This document shows positions 9,147 through 18,986 of a stretch of 64,000 bases of DNA, one piece after another. The first letter of the stretch is position 1; each line of letters opens with the position of its first letter. A model generated the notes under the pieces. That model saw only the letters and a program-made list of their open reading frames with translations, had not been told where the DNA came from and did no database searches. The position numbers and the translations under genes are program-made. Origin of the DNA: Candidatus Onthoplasma sp. (GTDB lineage: Bacteria > Bacillota > Clostridia > Christensenellales > UBA1242); NCBI GenBank assembly GCA_965646995.1, contig CBFGBH010000001.1:16372-80371 (forward strand), written 5' to 3'.

Positions 9147-9599
9147 TTAGTTATCCGCTTGAGAAGATGTTGTAACTGTATATCTCAATGTTGCCGAACA
9201 TCCACGATAAGTTATAGTCATAGTTCTTATTTTTGAATCAGGATTGTTTGGATTGCCTGTAGTTATATCTCCAGTAAAAAATCCAGTAACAGTCCATTTA
9301 AAAATAGATTTTTCTTCATCTACTACTTTTCTTATTATACCATTATCTTCAATTTCTTTATATTGTATATTATCAATAGCACTATATTCTATGTCAGCCT
9401 TTGTGAAAGAAGGTGAAGAATAAGATATTTTAACCTCATTAAGAGCTTTCGCCACAGAGTCCCCTTTTTGAACAGTAATGCTATCCTTATTTAAAGTAAT
9501 AGAAGCATTAGTTTCAGAACAACCTGTTAAACTTAATAATGGTAAACAGCACACCATTAATACTAATACAAATGTTAATATTTTTTTAAAACTTTTCAT
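9147..9599 (-). CDS. lipoprotein (T4SS cluster)
   Basis: Start moved to the RBS-preceded ATG at 9599. Signal peptide MKSFKKILTFVLVLMVCCLPLLSLTGC has a lipobox. Confidence 0.6.
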   Translation of the reverse strand: MKSFKKILTFVLVLMVCCLPLLSLTGCSETNASITLNKDSITVQKGDSVAKALNEVKISYSSPSFTKADIEYSAIDNIQYKEIEDNGIIRKVVDEEKSIFKWTVTGFFTGDITTGNPNNPDSKIRTMTITYRGCSATLRYTVTTSSQADN

Positions 9600-9659
9600 A
9601 TTTTCCCCTTTAAATAATATTTTCATTATGATCAAAAAGACAGTCTAACTGTCTTACGA

Positions 9660-9941
9660 TTAAATAAACTTAGATGGATCGATTACTTTACCTGGCCCTA
9701 TATTGTAAGCAAGGAAGTAGAACAATGCGATTAGTACTAAAGTAACTACAATACCGACGATAACTGAGATTAATTTAGCCTTAGCCTCGTCACGCGCAGA
9801 TTTATCATCCGCCTTAACAAACCTCACTCCTACTACAATAGCATAGATAATACCTGCCACAGACACCAAAATCAAAATTGGTCCAATAAAGCTGATAATT
9901 GCATTAACTAGAGTATCTAACCAAGGTATTCCTGTACTCAT
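9660..9941 (-). CDS. small two-TM protein, VirB2/TrbC-like pilin candidate
   Basis: 93 aa from the RBS-preceded ATG at 9941. Topology is TM1, charged loop KADDKSARDEAKAK, TM2, as in T4SS pilins. Transcribed divergently from virD4. Confidence 0.4.
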   Translation of the reverse strand: MSTGIPWLDTLVNAIISFIGPILILVSVAGIIYAIVVGVRFVKADDKSARDEAKAKLISVIVGIVVTLVLIALFYFLAYNIGPGKVIDPSKFI

Positions 9942-10289
9942 AAATTTTCCCCCTTTAATCACACAAAAGCATATTTTGTGCTAATTTCTGACAATATATT
10001 AACAAGTTGAAAAATTAAAATCAACTATTTTTATATAAATTTCCAAATTTTTTAAGAAAATTTTTAATATTTATTTTTAAGTAAAAATAGATTTTATCGT
10101 CAATTTTTACACTATTTTCTCTACGTAAATTTGAAAACATATTTCATATAACTATTTTTTGTGTTTATTTTTATTTTATACATATATATTTAATTAAACA
10201 TTATTATTTTTCCTTAATATCATATTTATTTAAAAAAGTTGACAAAATATTTTTAATTAATTAAAATATGGGCAGTAAAGGAAATTTCT

Positions 10290-12305
10290 ATGAAAAGTTT
10301 TTTGAAAAAATTAATTTTATATGTAGTAGTAGCTGTAGCATTATTCTTAGGCTCTATAGTATTGACTTCGTATTTTAAAGATGGTGTGATTGCTTTCAAT
10401 CCTAGATACCTATCTACTATGACGCCATATTTCCTTGTGTTCATAGGTGTAGGATTACTGCTAGTGTGGGACTTATTGAAACTCATCGATGGCAAGAGCA
10501 AGAAAAAAGACAAAGCTATTGATAAAGTTCACGACTCTAAAGGTAAAGAAGTAAAGCAATTCTATGATAAAGACTTCGTAACAGACGAGCAATTAAAAGA
10601 TGATAAGGCATTTAATTTCCACACATTATCAACAATTCGTTCAAGTAAAAAAGATGGTATTCTCGTTCGCGCAGAAGCAAAGAAAAATGGCGGTATGGAT
10701 ATCAACTTTGTTGCACCAATTCATACCTTAGTCGTCGGTACTACATCATCAGGTAAAACTCAGCGTTTCGTAGTGCCATCTCTTCAACTCATGAGTATGA
10801 CTAGCGCTAAGCCTTCGTTCGTTATCACTGACCCGAAAGGAGAATTATATAACTTAAACGCTCACAAACTCGAAGCCGAAGGCTACGATGTTAAAGTATT
10901 GAATCTTCGTGACCCATTCTCATCGGTGCAGTGGAATCCACTAACATACGCATATGATTTATATAACCGCAGTTTCCACCTAGAAGACGAAGTTCGTGTG
11001 CATCCCCCAGGAGACAATCCTAAGCAACACAATTTAATCTTGCAACGCAGTTTCGACCACACCACTTCTACATGGTTCGAATTCAATGGCACTGCTTATG
11101 TAGACAAGCAATTACTCGAGAGCGATATGCGTATAATTTCTAGAAAACTATTAGATGACTCATTTAATGCTCTTAATGATATATGTACTACCCTGGCTCC
11201 TATTGAGAGTAACAAAGATCCATCTTGGGAGCGTACTGCACAGCGACTCATTCATGGTGTAATGCTTGCCATGCTAGAAGATAGTAGAGATCCTCAGCTT
11301 GGCATGACCAGAGACAAATACAATCTATACAACGTACAAAAAATATGTAATGTTACAGATAGTGGTCGTGATACTTATGCAACACTTAAAAAGTATCTAT
11401 TCGACTATCGTGACAAATTCTCTAAGGTACACGACCTTTCATCTACCGCTCTGAACAATGCCGAGACTACTACTAAGAACTATATGGGTTTCGTATCTAG
11501 TAAGACCGCAATGTTCAGTGATACCGGTATATGCTTCTTGACTGAAAAGACAGAGATTGACTTTATCGCGCTTGACGAGAAGCCTACCGCTATATTCGTC
11601 GTAATACCAGATGAAATGCGTACTCGTTACCCACTAGCAATATTGTTCGTCACTCAGCTGTATAAGAGACTGGTAGAGAAAGCTCAAAATATGGGCGGAG
11701 AATTAAAGCGACATGTATACTTCCTATTAGACGAATTTGGTAATATGCCTAAGTTCCCAGAATTCGGCTCAATCATGACAGTCGGTCGTAGCCGTGGTAT
11801 ATTCTTCGAACTATGCGTACAATCATATAGTCAGTTATACCAAGTATATGGTCAAGATGAAGGTAAGATTATTAAAGATAACTGCCCTATTCAAGTCTAT
11901 ATTGCATCAGAAGACACTACTACTAATAAAGAGTTCAGTGAACACTTAGGTAAAAAGACTATCGTAGTCAATACTGAAAGTAAATCAGTAGGTCCAGACG
12001 GAAAAGAATCTAAAACATATAATCAGCAAGTACAATCAATTCCTATCGCTTACCCAGAAGAATTGATGTCATTTAGAGACCAAGATAAAGTCATAATTAA
12101 GACATTCACACCAAACGCAGCACTCAAGACCACTATGACATATGCATGGCAAGCAACTAAGATATACGACCAAACTAAATTGCATGGTACTTATGTTGAA
12201 CGCAGAATGTTCGATGAAAACAAAGTATATTATGACATTAAGAATAGAAATAATTTATTAGCTAAATCTAACGACCCAGATGATGACGATGATGATCTAT
12301 TCTAA
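10290..12305 (+). CDS. virD4: type IV secretion coupling protein, VirD4/TraG family
   Basis: 671 aa. N-terminal TM helices, Walker A GTTSSGKT, Walker B YFLLDEFGNMP, poly-Asp C-terminus. Confidence 0.85.
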   Translation: MKSFLKKLILYVVVAVALFLGSIVLTSYFKDGVIAFNPRYLSTMTPYFLVFIGVGLLLVWDLLKLIDGKSKKKDKAIDKVHDSKGKEVKQFYDKDFVTDEQLKDDKAFNFHTLSTIRSSKKDGILVRAEAKKNGGMDINFVAPIHTLVVGTTSSGKTQRFVVPSLQLMSMTSAKPSFVITDPKGELYNLNAHKLEAEGYDVKVLNLRDPFSSVQWNPLTYAYDLYNRSFHLEDEVRVHPPGDNPKQHNLILQRSFDHTTSTWFEFNGTAYVDKQLLESDMRIISRKLLDDSFNALNDICTTLAPIESNKDPSWERTAQRLIHGVMLAMLEDSRDPQLGMTRDKYNLYNVQKICNVTDSGRDTYATLKKYLFDYRDKFSKVHDLSSTALNNAETTTKNYMGFVSSKTAMFSDTGICFLTEKTEIDFIALDEKPTAIFVVIPDEMRTRYPLAILFVTQLYKRLVEKAQNMGGELKRHVYFLLDEFGNMPKFPEFGSIMTVGRSRGIFFELCVQSYSQLYQVYGQDEGKIIKDNCPIQVYIASEDTTTNKEFSEHLGKKTIVVNTESKSVGPDGKESKTYNQQVQSIPIAYPEELMSFRDQDKVIIKTFTPNAALKTTMTYAWQATKIYDQTKLHGTYVERRMFDENKVYYDIKNRNNLLAKSNDPDDDDDDLF

Positions 12306-12326
12306 CAATTAACTAAGTAATAAAAC

Positions 12327-12350
12327 TAGAGACACATGGTCTCTATTTTT
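12327..12350 (+). terminator. Rho-independent terminator after virD4
   Basis: Hairpin TAGAGAC/GTCTCTA followed by TTTTT. Confidence 0.6.
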
Positions 12351-12393
12351 ATATTTGATAAATTATGCCACTACTTTTTACTTTTCGTTAGTT

Positions 12394-12651
12394 TCAGTCC
12401 ATCATCATACCAGTTTCCATTAAATATTCTTTCTCATACATAGCCACAGCTTCACTAAATGACATTCGTGGGAAAAGGTACATTTCTACCTTACCTATGT
12501 ATAATCTTGTTGCTGTATTATTATTTGTCAACTGAACAAATCTCACTGCTTCTGGCAGAATCTCTTTATATATATCATGCCCTTTGATAGCAGTTATTTC
12601 ATACTCTTCTCCATTGTCAGTAATATAAATTGACTTATAATCATTATTCAT
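12394..12651 (-). CDS. hypothetical protein
   Basis: 85-aa ORF with RBS AAGGAG. No family recognised. Confidence 0.4.
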   Translation of the reverse strand: MNNDYKSIYITDNGEEYEITAIKGHDIYKEILPEAVRFVQLTNNNTATRLYIGKVEMYLFPRMSFSEAVAMYEKEYLMETGMMMD

Positions 12652-12971
12652 AAACTAATTTCTCCTTACAGCGAATATATCTATATTATGCTTTTTATTT
12701 TTGAAAAGTTCATGTTGTCAAAATCTATTAAAAGTTTTGTTTTTTCTACCATAATCGCGTATGACATTGGAATAATCAATAAAATGAGTGTAAAAAATGC
12801 TTATAATTTTGAAATATGATTTTTTAGAAAACTCTTAAACATATCAAAAATCCTCAAGATTAAATCATTTTAATATATAATTGAATTCGCAGTATAGAAG
12901 ATAGTAAAATCAAGAAAACGACATATTTTAAATAAAAAATCAATAAATTCTAATAAATTTCACGAAACTCA

Positions 12972-13000
12972 TTGACAAAAGCCACATATTATGTTAAATA
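12972..13000 (+). promoter_or_regulatory. promoter for the tRNA gene
   Basis: TTGACA, 17 nt, TAAATA with a TGt extension, about 28 nt upstream of the tRNA 5' end. Confidence 0.5.
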
Positions 13001-13028
13001 TATAGAGTGTCAGACTGACATAATATAT

Positions 13029-13105
<77 letters not shown>

Positions 13106-13109
13106 CTTG

Positions 13110-13139
13110 AAAGCACAGCATTTTGTCTAGTGCTTTTTT
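13110..13139 (+). terminator. terminator after the tRNA
   Basis: Hairpin AAAGCAC/GTGCTTT followed by a T-run. Confidence 0.6.
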
Positions 13140-13291
13140 AGTACAATAGCTTTATGACTAACTTTTCCATTATCACATTATCTAAAGGTTCTTAATAAAG
13201 TGATTTTATTAAATTATGATTATATAAATTGGTTAAAAAAATAGGCATATTGCCTATATTTTTATTATAATTTTATTTTACTTTCAAATGG

Positions 13292-13645
13292 TTATGTCGA
13301 CAAATTAAATACGCTTCTATCTAGATAGGTGTGATACGCTTGCTTATACTCTGCTTTGGTTTCATCGGATGATTGATGGTCATATACAAATTTAATCCAA
13401 AGTCGTCTTAACCTATCTTCGCCTTCGACAGCTGTATTATCACTAGGCTCCCAACCGCCCGCTATTAGAGTAAAATCAGCGACAGTCAAGATTCCACCAT
13501 CAAAAACTAAAACTATACTATTCTCAAAGTATTCGCTGTCTATGTAAGCACCGAGATTTTTTACTTTGTCTTTCGCTAAATTAGCGAATTCTTCTAGCTC
13601 TGCGTCCGTAAATTGTAATATATATTTTCTTTTTCGCTTACTCAT
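13292..13645 (-). CDS. hypothetical protein
   Basis: 117-aa ORF with RBS AAGGAAAG, 13 nt downstream of the preceding gene. No family recognised. Confidence 0.45.
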   Translation of the reverse strand: MSKRKRKYILQFTDAELEEFANLAKDKVKNLGAYIDSEYFENSIVLVFDGGILTVADFTLIAGGWEPSDNTAVEGEDRLRRLWIKFVYDHQSSDETKAEYKQAYHTYLDRSVFNLST

Positions 13646-13658
13646 AATCTTTCCTTAA

Positions 13659-14603
13659 TTAATCAGCAGTATTCAATGCACTTTCTTTGACTGCAATAGC
13701 TTCTTTTGCTTTCTCAATATATTTTTTATTCCTTGTCTTTTCTATCGCATCTAACATTTCGTTACATTTATCTAACGGAAGGTCAGTCCACGCTATCATA
13801 TAGTACATAATCTTAGCATACTCAGAGTTCAACACATAGAGATAAATCACATCTTTTTCTTCTTCACTAGCAGCCGAACAATAATACTCGTAAATATGCA
13901 GAATATTATCACTTGCCATCATGAGTTCGAAAGCTCTCTCCTTGTCGCAATCGGTATACTCAGCGCACATATTAATGTGCATAGGATTATAATCTTTATC
14001 GTACTCATTACCCGCATTTACTAATAAATATGCGTCATTAGTATTGTCCTTCACTACATTTAGACCACGCACTAGCGTTGCCAACTGTTTAGGTACATAT
14101 CGTATACCCTTCGACTTTTCTTCACGCTTGAAATTTTCAATCGCATGCATATACCAATAACCACTATGTTCATGACCGACTTCGTCATTATTCATGAATA
14201 ACTCAATGTATTTCGTGTCTCTAGTCTCCATTAACGCTGTCTCCATCTTTGCAGTATCACAGCCTACTAAACACTCTAGACAATAGTACATTATCTTCGC
14301 AATACCTGATTTTCTGAATCTCTTCTCAAAGCGTTTTAAGTTAAAACATTTCTTCCCACTATCTGCCAGTGCAAACGCAAACTCATACTCGTGATAGATG
14401 TCATCACATGCTATCATTCCGTCTTCAAGTAGTTCCATTATCTCATAATCATCGGCTAGTGGCACATTCTCTGCGAAATCACATATTACGAATGGATTCC
14501 TACTCTTTGCTACCTCTTGCGCTCTCTTATACACATACGCATAGTCTTTACTCTTGATACAATCCTGTAAGGCTCCCATATCTAAATAAGTACCTTTATA
14601 CAT
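13659..14603 (-). CDS. hypothetical helical-repeat protein
   Basis: 314 aa. Internal duplication is visible: AKIMYYCLECL...ETRDTKYIE versus AKIMYYMIAWT...KTRNKKYIE. RBS AAGGAG. Confidence 0.5.
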   Translation of the reverse strand: MYKGTYLDMGALQDCIKSKDYAYVYKRAQEVAKSRNPFVICDFAENVPLADDYEIMELLEDGMIACDDIYHEYEFAFALADSGKKCFNLKRFEKRFRKSGIAKIMYYCLECLVGCDTAKMETALMETRDTKYIELFMNNDEVGHEHSGYWYMHAIENFKREEKSKGIRYVPKQLATLVRGLNVVKDNTNDAYLLVNAGNEYDKDYNPMHINMCAEYTDCDKERAFELMMASDNILHIYEYYCSAASEEEKDVIYLYVLNSEYAKIMYYMIAWTDLPLDKCNEMLDAIEKTRNKKYIEKAKEAIAVKESALNTAD

Positions 14604-14662
14604 AAATCACTCCTTTATATACCAATATTATAACACATATTTAAATATTGTCAATATCCTAT

Positions 14663-16660
14663 TTAATCTGTGAGATAGAAAGTGCAAGTGGACAATCTCT
14701 TTCGCTTTAGTTTAAATTCTTTACCATTCTGCATGCGATACCTGTACTCCTTTGAATATGGACATTCCGCACAATTAGCCTCCAAATGTTCTTTCATCGG
14801 ACAATGCCTCAATGTCATCACTGGAGCGATAATATTCTGATATTCTCCTTCCGCTACCATACATGGCATATTCAGATAATCCGCCGAGAAAGAATTGTAC
14901 ACATTGAGTCCAAAACCTGCCACTTTCTCCACCTTTAAATCCAATGCCCAGAGATTGTTCACAACTACTCCTATTTTGGTTATCTTCACTATATCTCTTA
15001 TTAATTCTATATCGTTCTTAAGTGCAAAGTTTGGTAAATCTAGAAATGGAATTTTGTCATTATTTTTGCATAATTTAATAAATTCAATAATATCTTCCAA
15101 TTCATATATTTCAGGCGAATAGATTATGTGTTTCTCTATTAGGTTTTCATTTTTTTGCTCAATTTGCTGAAAATTCAAGAAAATATTTAGTTTTTTCTTC
15201 TCTATTTCGATTTTTTCCAATTTCTTATGTTTACATTTGCTTAAAACCTCTACTAACTTATCATACACTTTTCTTCTAAACTCATTGAGCATCTTTTTAG
15301 TCAAAAATACTTTTTCTAATTCTAAACTAATATTAGGTTCAAAAAATTCTGTCTTTTTGAAATTATCTAGTATTTCATTCTCAGTCAATGGACTACTTTT
15401 AGCGAGCTGGCATATATCTCCAGTTACTTTATATTGTCTATCTCCCGTCTCGAATTTAGCACAAATAGGCTCATTGATTTTAGCTGTAATCTTAATATCT
15501 ATGCTTCTCTTTGTGACATGATTAAGCATTTCACTTTCAAGGTCAAAGTCGCTGATTAGATTGACGCTATCTCCTACTTTCACTTGCTTCGTAGTCGTGA
15601 TACGATACAACCTGCCCGCCTTAATCAAATCATATGCCGATATGGTCTCAATCTCTTCGCCTTTCCTAAAGAATTTGAAAGCAGATTTTTTATTTAGCTC
15701 TCGGTCACTAGAGATGAATATTTCGTTGAAGCGTTTACCTTGTACGAATTTTTCCACCCTGCCTATCTCACTCCCTACATGCGACTGATATAATGATATA
15801 ATCTCACTATTGCCATTAAAATATCCTTCAGTAAAGCCACGATTGAAAGCAAGGGGCAGATTATTCATATAACTTTCATTCTTAATAGCCTTGGCATAAG
15901 TCCGAGTTGCTTCTGCCACATAATATGGTCGTCTAGCTCTACCTTCTATCTTAATAGCCGTCACACCCGCACTCTCTAAGTCGGGCAATCTATCTAGCAT
16001 ATTAAAATCTTTAGCAGACAAAAGATACCCACTCTTCACTTCTCTATCATCTTTCAATAATGTGTAAGGTAGACGACATAATTGTTTGCACTTGCCACGA
16101 TTGCCACTCGCCGAATGTTCGTATGAACTAAAATAGCAGTTCCCAGAGAAACTGACACACAAAGCTCCTTGAACAAAATACTCTATCTCAATATCTGAAT
16201 TCTCTCGTATTCGGCTGATTTCATCAAGTGGAGTCTCACGAGCTAAAACTACACGCTTAAAACCCAAACGCTCCGCTACCCTGACACCCTCAAGATTGTG
16301 TATACCCATCTGTGTGCTGGCATGCATCTCTATCTCAGGATAATGCTCATGCACAATGGACGCCAAGCCTAAATCTTGAATAATGAATGCGTCCACACCT
16401 AGATTGTAGGCATCCACTATCAAATCAAGAGCGTGCTGTAACTCATCATCTGAGAAAAGAATGTTGACTGTCAAATGTACTTTCACATCATAGATATGAG
16501 CAAAGCTCACAGCATCTTTTAATTCAGCGAGCGAAAAACCTACGATATTATTCCTAGCGTTGAACTCTCGCACTCCGAGATAGACTTCGTCCGCCCCATT
16601 ATATATCGCCATCTTTAGACTCTCAAAATCTCCCGCAGGAGACAATATTTTCATACTCAT
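14663..16660 (-). CDS. U32 family peptidase with extended C-terminal domain
   Basis: N-terminus MSMKILSPAGDFESLKMAIYNGADEVYLG and EYFVQGALCVSFSGNCYFSS are typical U32 motifs. The track start (TTG at 16678) reads through a TGcTATAAT box, so ATG at 16660 is used. Confidence 0.85.
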   Translation of the reverse strand: MSMKILSPAGDFESLKMAIYNGADEVYLGVREFNARNNIVGFSLAELKDAVSFAHIYDVKVHLTVNILFSDDELQHALDLIVDAYNLGVDAFIIQDLGLASIVHEHYPEIEMHASTQMGIHNLEGVRVAERLGFKRVVLARETPLDEISRIRENSDIEIEYFVQGALCVSFSGNCYFSSYEHSASGNRGKCKQLCRLPYTLLKDDREVKSGYLLSAKDFNMLDRLPDLESAGVTAIKIEGRARRPYYVAEATRTYAKAIKNESYMNNLPLAFNRGFTEGYFNGNSEIISLYQSHVGSEIGRVEKFVQGKRFNEIFISSDRELNKKSAFKFFRKGEEIETISAYDLIKAGRLYRITTTKQVKVGDSVNLISDFDLESEMLNHVTKRSIDIKITAKINEPICAKFETGDRQYKVTGDICQLAKSSPLTENEILDNFKKTEFFEPNISLELEKVFLTKKMLNEFRRKVYDKLVEVLSKCKHKKLEKIEIEKKKLNIFLNFQQIEQKNENLIEKHIIYSPEIYELEDIIEFIKLCKNNDKIPFLDLPNFALKNDIELIRDIVKITKIGVVVNNLWALDLKVEKVAGFGLNVYNSFSADYLNMPCMVAEGEYQNIIAPVMTLRHCPMKEHLEANCAECPYSKEYRYRMQNGKEFKLKRKRLSTCTFYLTD

Positions 16661-16666
16661 GCAGTG

Positions 16667-16675
16667 ATTATAGCA
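16667..16675 (-). promoter_or_regulatory. extended -10 box TGcTATAAT, 6 nt before ATG 16660 (leaderless candidate)
   Basis: Minus-strand TGCTATAAT, then CACTGC, then ATG. Confidence 0.45.
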
Positions 16676-16753
16676 CAAAAGGAAAATATATTCAATAACT
16701 AATCTATTTCTTAACTATTAAAAAATCGTCTGCACTTATATTTAAAAAAATAA

Positions 16754-16924
16754 CTATATTTTAAGAAGCGTATCATATCTAATGATATTATTATTCTTAT
16801 ATATATTATCAATCGTATGTACGCTCAATCTACATCGTCTAGCCAATTCTCTCTTAGTAATATTATGTTCCTTGATATAATCGTCTAAAAGTGCCGTGTT
16901 GTATCTAACATTTGTTTTTCTCAT
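16754..16924 (-). CDS. small Cro/XRE-like HTH protein (56 aa, below the ORF-track size cutoff)
   Basis: Hand translation: MRKTNVRYNTALLDDYIKEHNITKRELARRCRLSVHTIDNIYKNNNIIRYDTLLKI. GGAG RBS 5 nt upstream. Divergent from the XRE gene at 17090. Confidence 0.55.
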   Translation of the reverse strand: MRKTNVRYNTALLDDYIKEHNITKRELARRCRLSVHTIDNIYKNNNIIRYDTLLKI

Positions 16925-16937
16925 AATGACTCCATAA

Positions 16938-16960
16938 TTTTAAGCCGTTTTGGCTTAAAA
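16938..16960. promoter_or_regulatory. 9-bp inverted repeat between the divergent HTH genes (operator candidate)
   Basis: TTTTAAGCC, 5 nt, GGCTTAAAA, immediately upstream of the small HTH gene. Confidence 0.3.
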
Positions 16961-17089
16961 ACAATGGTATTTTAATTCATTTTAAATTTAATGTCAAGTA
17001 TTTTAATTAGTTTTGGGGTAAAAATGTATGGTTTTTAGTAATTATTTGATTAAAAGTTTCAAAATGTTAAAATATGTATAAGGTAAAAT

Positions 17090-17398
17090 ATGAATTTAAA
17101 GTATTTAAGAAAAGGATTGAAATTATCTCAAATTGAATTATCAGAAAAATTAAATATGTCACAAACCACATATTCTAATTATGAGATTGGTAGAAATGAC
17201 CCAGATATAGCGACTCTAAATAAGTTTGCAGACTTTTTCAAGGTATCTATTGATACATTAGTAGGGCGAGAGTTTATGAATATAGACTTTGCTAGACTTA
17301 GCGAGACTAAGACCGACTTAATCGCTAAAATCGCTGATATGGATGAAGCTGACTGTGTGAAACTATTAGGTTATATTGACGGAATGAAGAATAAATAA
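17090..17398 (+). CDS. XRE-family HTH transcriptional regulator
   Basis: 102 aa. LSQIELSEKLNMSQTTYSNYEIGRNDP is a classic XRE helix-turn-helix. Confidence 0.75.
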   Translation: MNLKYLRKGLKLSQIELSEKLNMSQTTYSNYEIGRNDPDIATLNKFADFFKVSIDTLVGREFMNIDFARLSETKTDLIAKIADMDEADCVKLLGYIDGMKNK

Positions 17399-17466
17399 TT
17401 TTGTGAAACATTTGTGGAACAAAATTATTTTTTTATATCAAATCTGATACTAATTGAAACTAAATA

Positions 17467-17475
17467 TGCTATACT
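17467..17475 (+). promoter_or_regulatory. extended -10 box TGcTATACT, 7 nt before ATG 17483 (leaderless candidate)
   Basis: TGCTATACT, then CTTTCAC, then ATG. Confidence 0.4.
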
Positions 17476-17482
17476 CTTTCAC

Positions 17483-18976
17483 ATGGAAAACATAAGAAAA
17501 GAAATCGGTTTTGATAATGAATTGTATTTGAAATTGCAGAGTGAGAATATACTCAAGCGAATTGATATGTTTCACAATAAGCTCTATCTCGAATTCGGCG
17601 GTAAGCTATTCGACGACTATCACGCGTCACGAGTACTGCCCGGCTTCGACCCTAATATCAAGACCAAACTTTTGCTTAGGCTAAAAGATAAGGCGGAGAT
17701 AATATTCTGTATCAATGCTAATGACATTGAGAAGAACAAAATTCGCTCTGATACTGGTAATAGTTATGATAATGAAGTATTGCGTCTAGTGGACAATCTA
17801 CGCAGTATCGGACTATATGTATCTAGTATAGTCATCACTCTATATACTGGGCAGACTCACGCCACCATGTTCATTAATAAACTAAAACACCATGGAGAGA
17901 ATGTATACATTCACACTCCTACCAAGGGCTATCCTAACGATGTCGAGACTATCGTATCTGATGAAGGCTATGGTGCTAATCCATATATCAAGACCACGCG
18001 TCCGCTAGTAGTAGTTACCGCTCCGGGTGGCAGTAGTGGAAAACTCGCGACCTGTCTTAGCCAACTCTATCACGAATACAAACATGGAGTAAATGCAGGA
18101 TATGCGAAATTCGAGACCTTCCCCGTATGGAATCTCGACCTTAATCATCCTATCAATGTAGCATATGAAGCATCTACTGCCGACCTAAAAGATGTCAATC
18201 AGATAGACCCTTTCCACATGCAATCAAAAAATGAGATAGCCATCAATTACAATCGAGATATTGAAGTATTCCCAGTGTTATATAACATCCTAAAGAAAAT
18301 CACTGGTAAAGAAATATACAAATCTCCTACCGAAATGGGTGTAAATATGATAGCTAGTGCAATAATTAATGATGAGCTGTGTAGAAAAGCTTCTAAGCGT
18401 GAGATTATCAGGCGATACTATCGTGCCGAGTGTGACTATCTCGTGGGGCGTGGTTCACTCGAGACAGTAGAACGCACCAAATTCTTGCTAGCCGAACTCG
18501 GTCTTAATCCGAACTCTCTAGATGTAGTACGCACAGCAAACGAATTGAGCGAGCGTACCGGTTATGCTTGCGTTGCACTCGAACTAAAAGATAAGCGAAT
18601 AGTTACTGGCAAAGGCAAAAATATTATGTCTGCTAGTGGTGCTATGATATTGAACGCTCTCCGCACCCTTGCCGGAATGGGAGACGAAGATGTGATTTCA
18701 GACGAAATACTTATGCCTATGATTGACCTTAGGAAAAAATATTTTAATTCAAACGCCAGTGTACTCACTGTAGACGATATCTTAGTGGCATTAGCAATTT
18801 CCAGCTCGACCAATCCTAGAGCAAAGCAAGCGATAGCAGAACTCGATAACCTAGCATGCTTAAACGCTCATTCTTCACATATATTATGCCCTTTAGAAGA
18901 GCGTACACTAAAGAAACTTCGTATAAATATCACTTGTGAACCAAAATACAAAGACAATAAATTATTTAATGAATAA
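17483..18976 (+). CDS. DUF1846 / UPF0371 family protein
   Basis: GFDNELYLKLQSENILKRI...LYLEFGGKLFDDYHASRVLPGFDPN matches the conserved UPF0371 N-terminus. Start moved from GTG 17414 to ATG 17483. Confidence 0.8.
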   Translation: MENIRKEIGFDNELYLKLQSENILKRIDMFHNKLYLEFGGKLFDDYHASRVLPGFDPNIKTKLLLRLKDKAEIIFCINANDIEKNKIRSDTGNSYDNEVLRLVDNLRSIGLYVSSIVITLYTGQTHATMFINKLKHHGENVYIHTPTKGYPNDVETIVSDEGYGANPYIKTTRPLVVVTAPGGSSGKLATCLSQLYHEYKHGVNAGYAKFETFPVWNLDLNHPINVAYEASTADLKDVNQIDPFHMQSKNEIAINYNRDIEVFPVLYNILKKITGKEIYKSPTEMGVNMIASAIINDELCRKASKREIIRRYYRAECDYLVGRGSLETVERTKFLLAELGLNPNSLDVVRTANELSERTGYACVALELKDKRIVTGKGKNIMSASGAMILNALRTLAGMGDEDVISDEILMPMIDLRKKYFNSNASVLTVDDILVALAISSSTNPRAKQAIAELDNLACLNAHSSHILCPLEERTLKKLRINITCEPKYKDNKLFNE

Positions 18977-18986
18977 AGGAGATAAC

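Noticed and set aside
12394-12396. Possible alternative genetic code (TGA as a sense codon), suggested by the near-absence of TGA stops
   Set aside because: Trp positions in conserved proteins (for example tyrS ADWF and EWGGADQWG) are TGG. Long conserved ORFs (mfd, ftsH, virB4) contain no in-frame TGA. TAA dominance is expected in such an AT-rich genome. The standard code fits.
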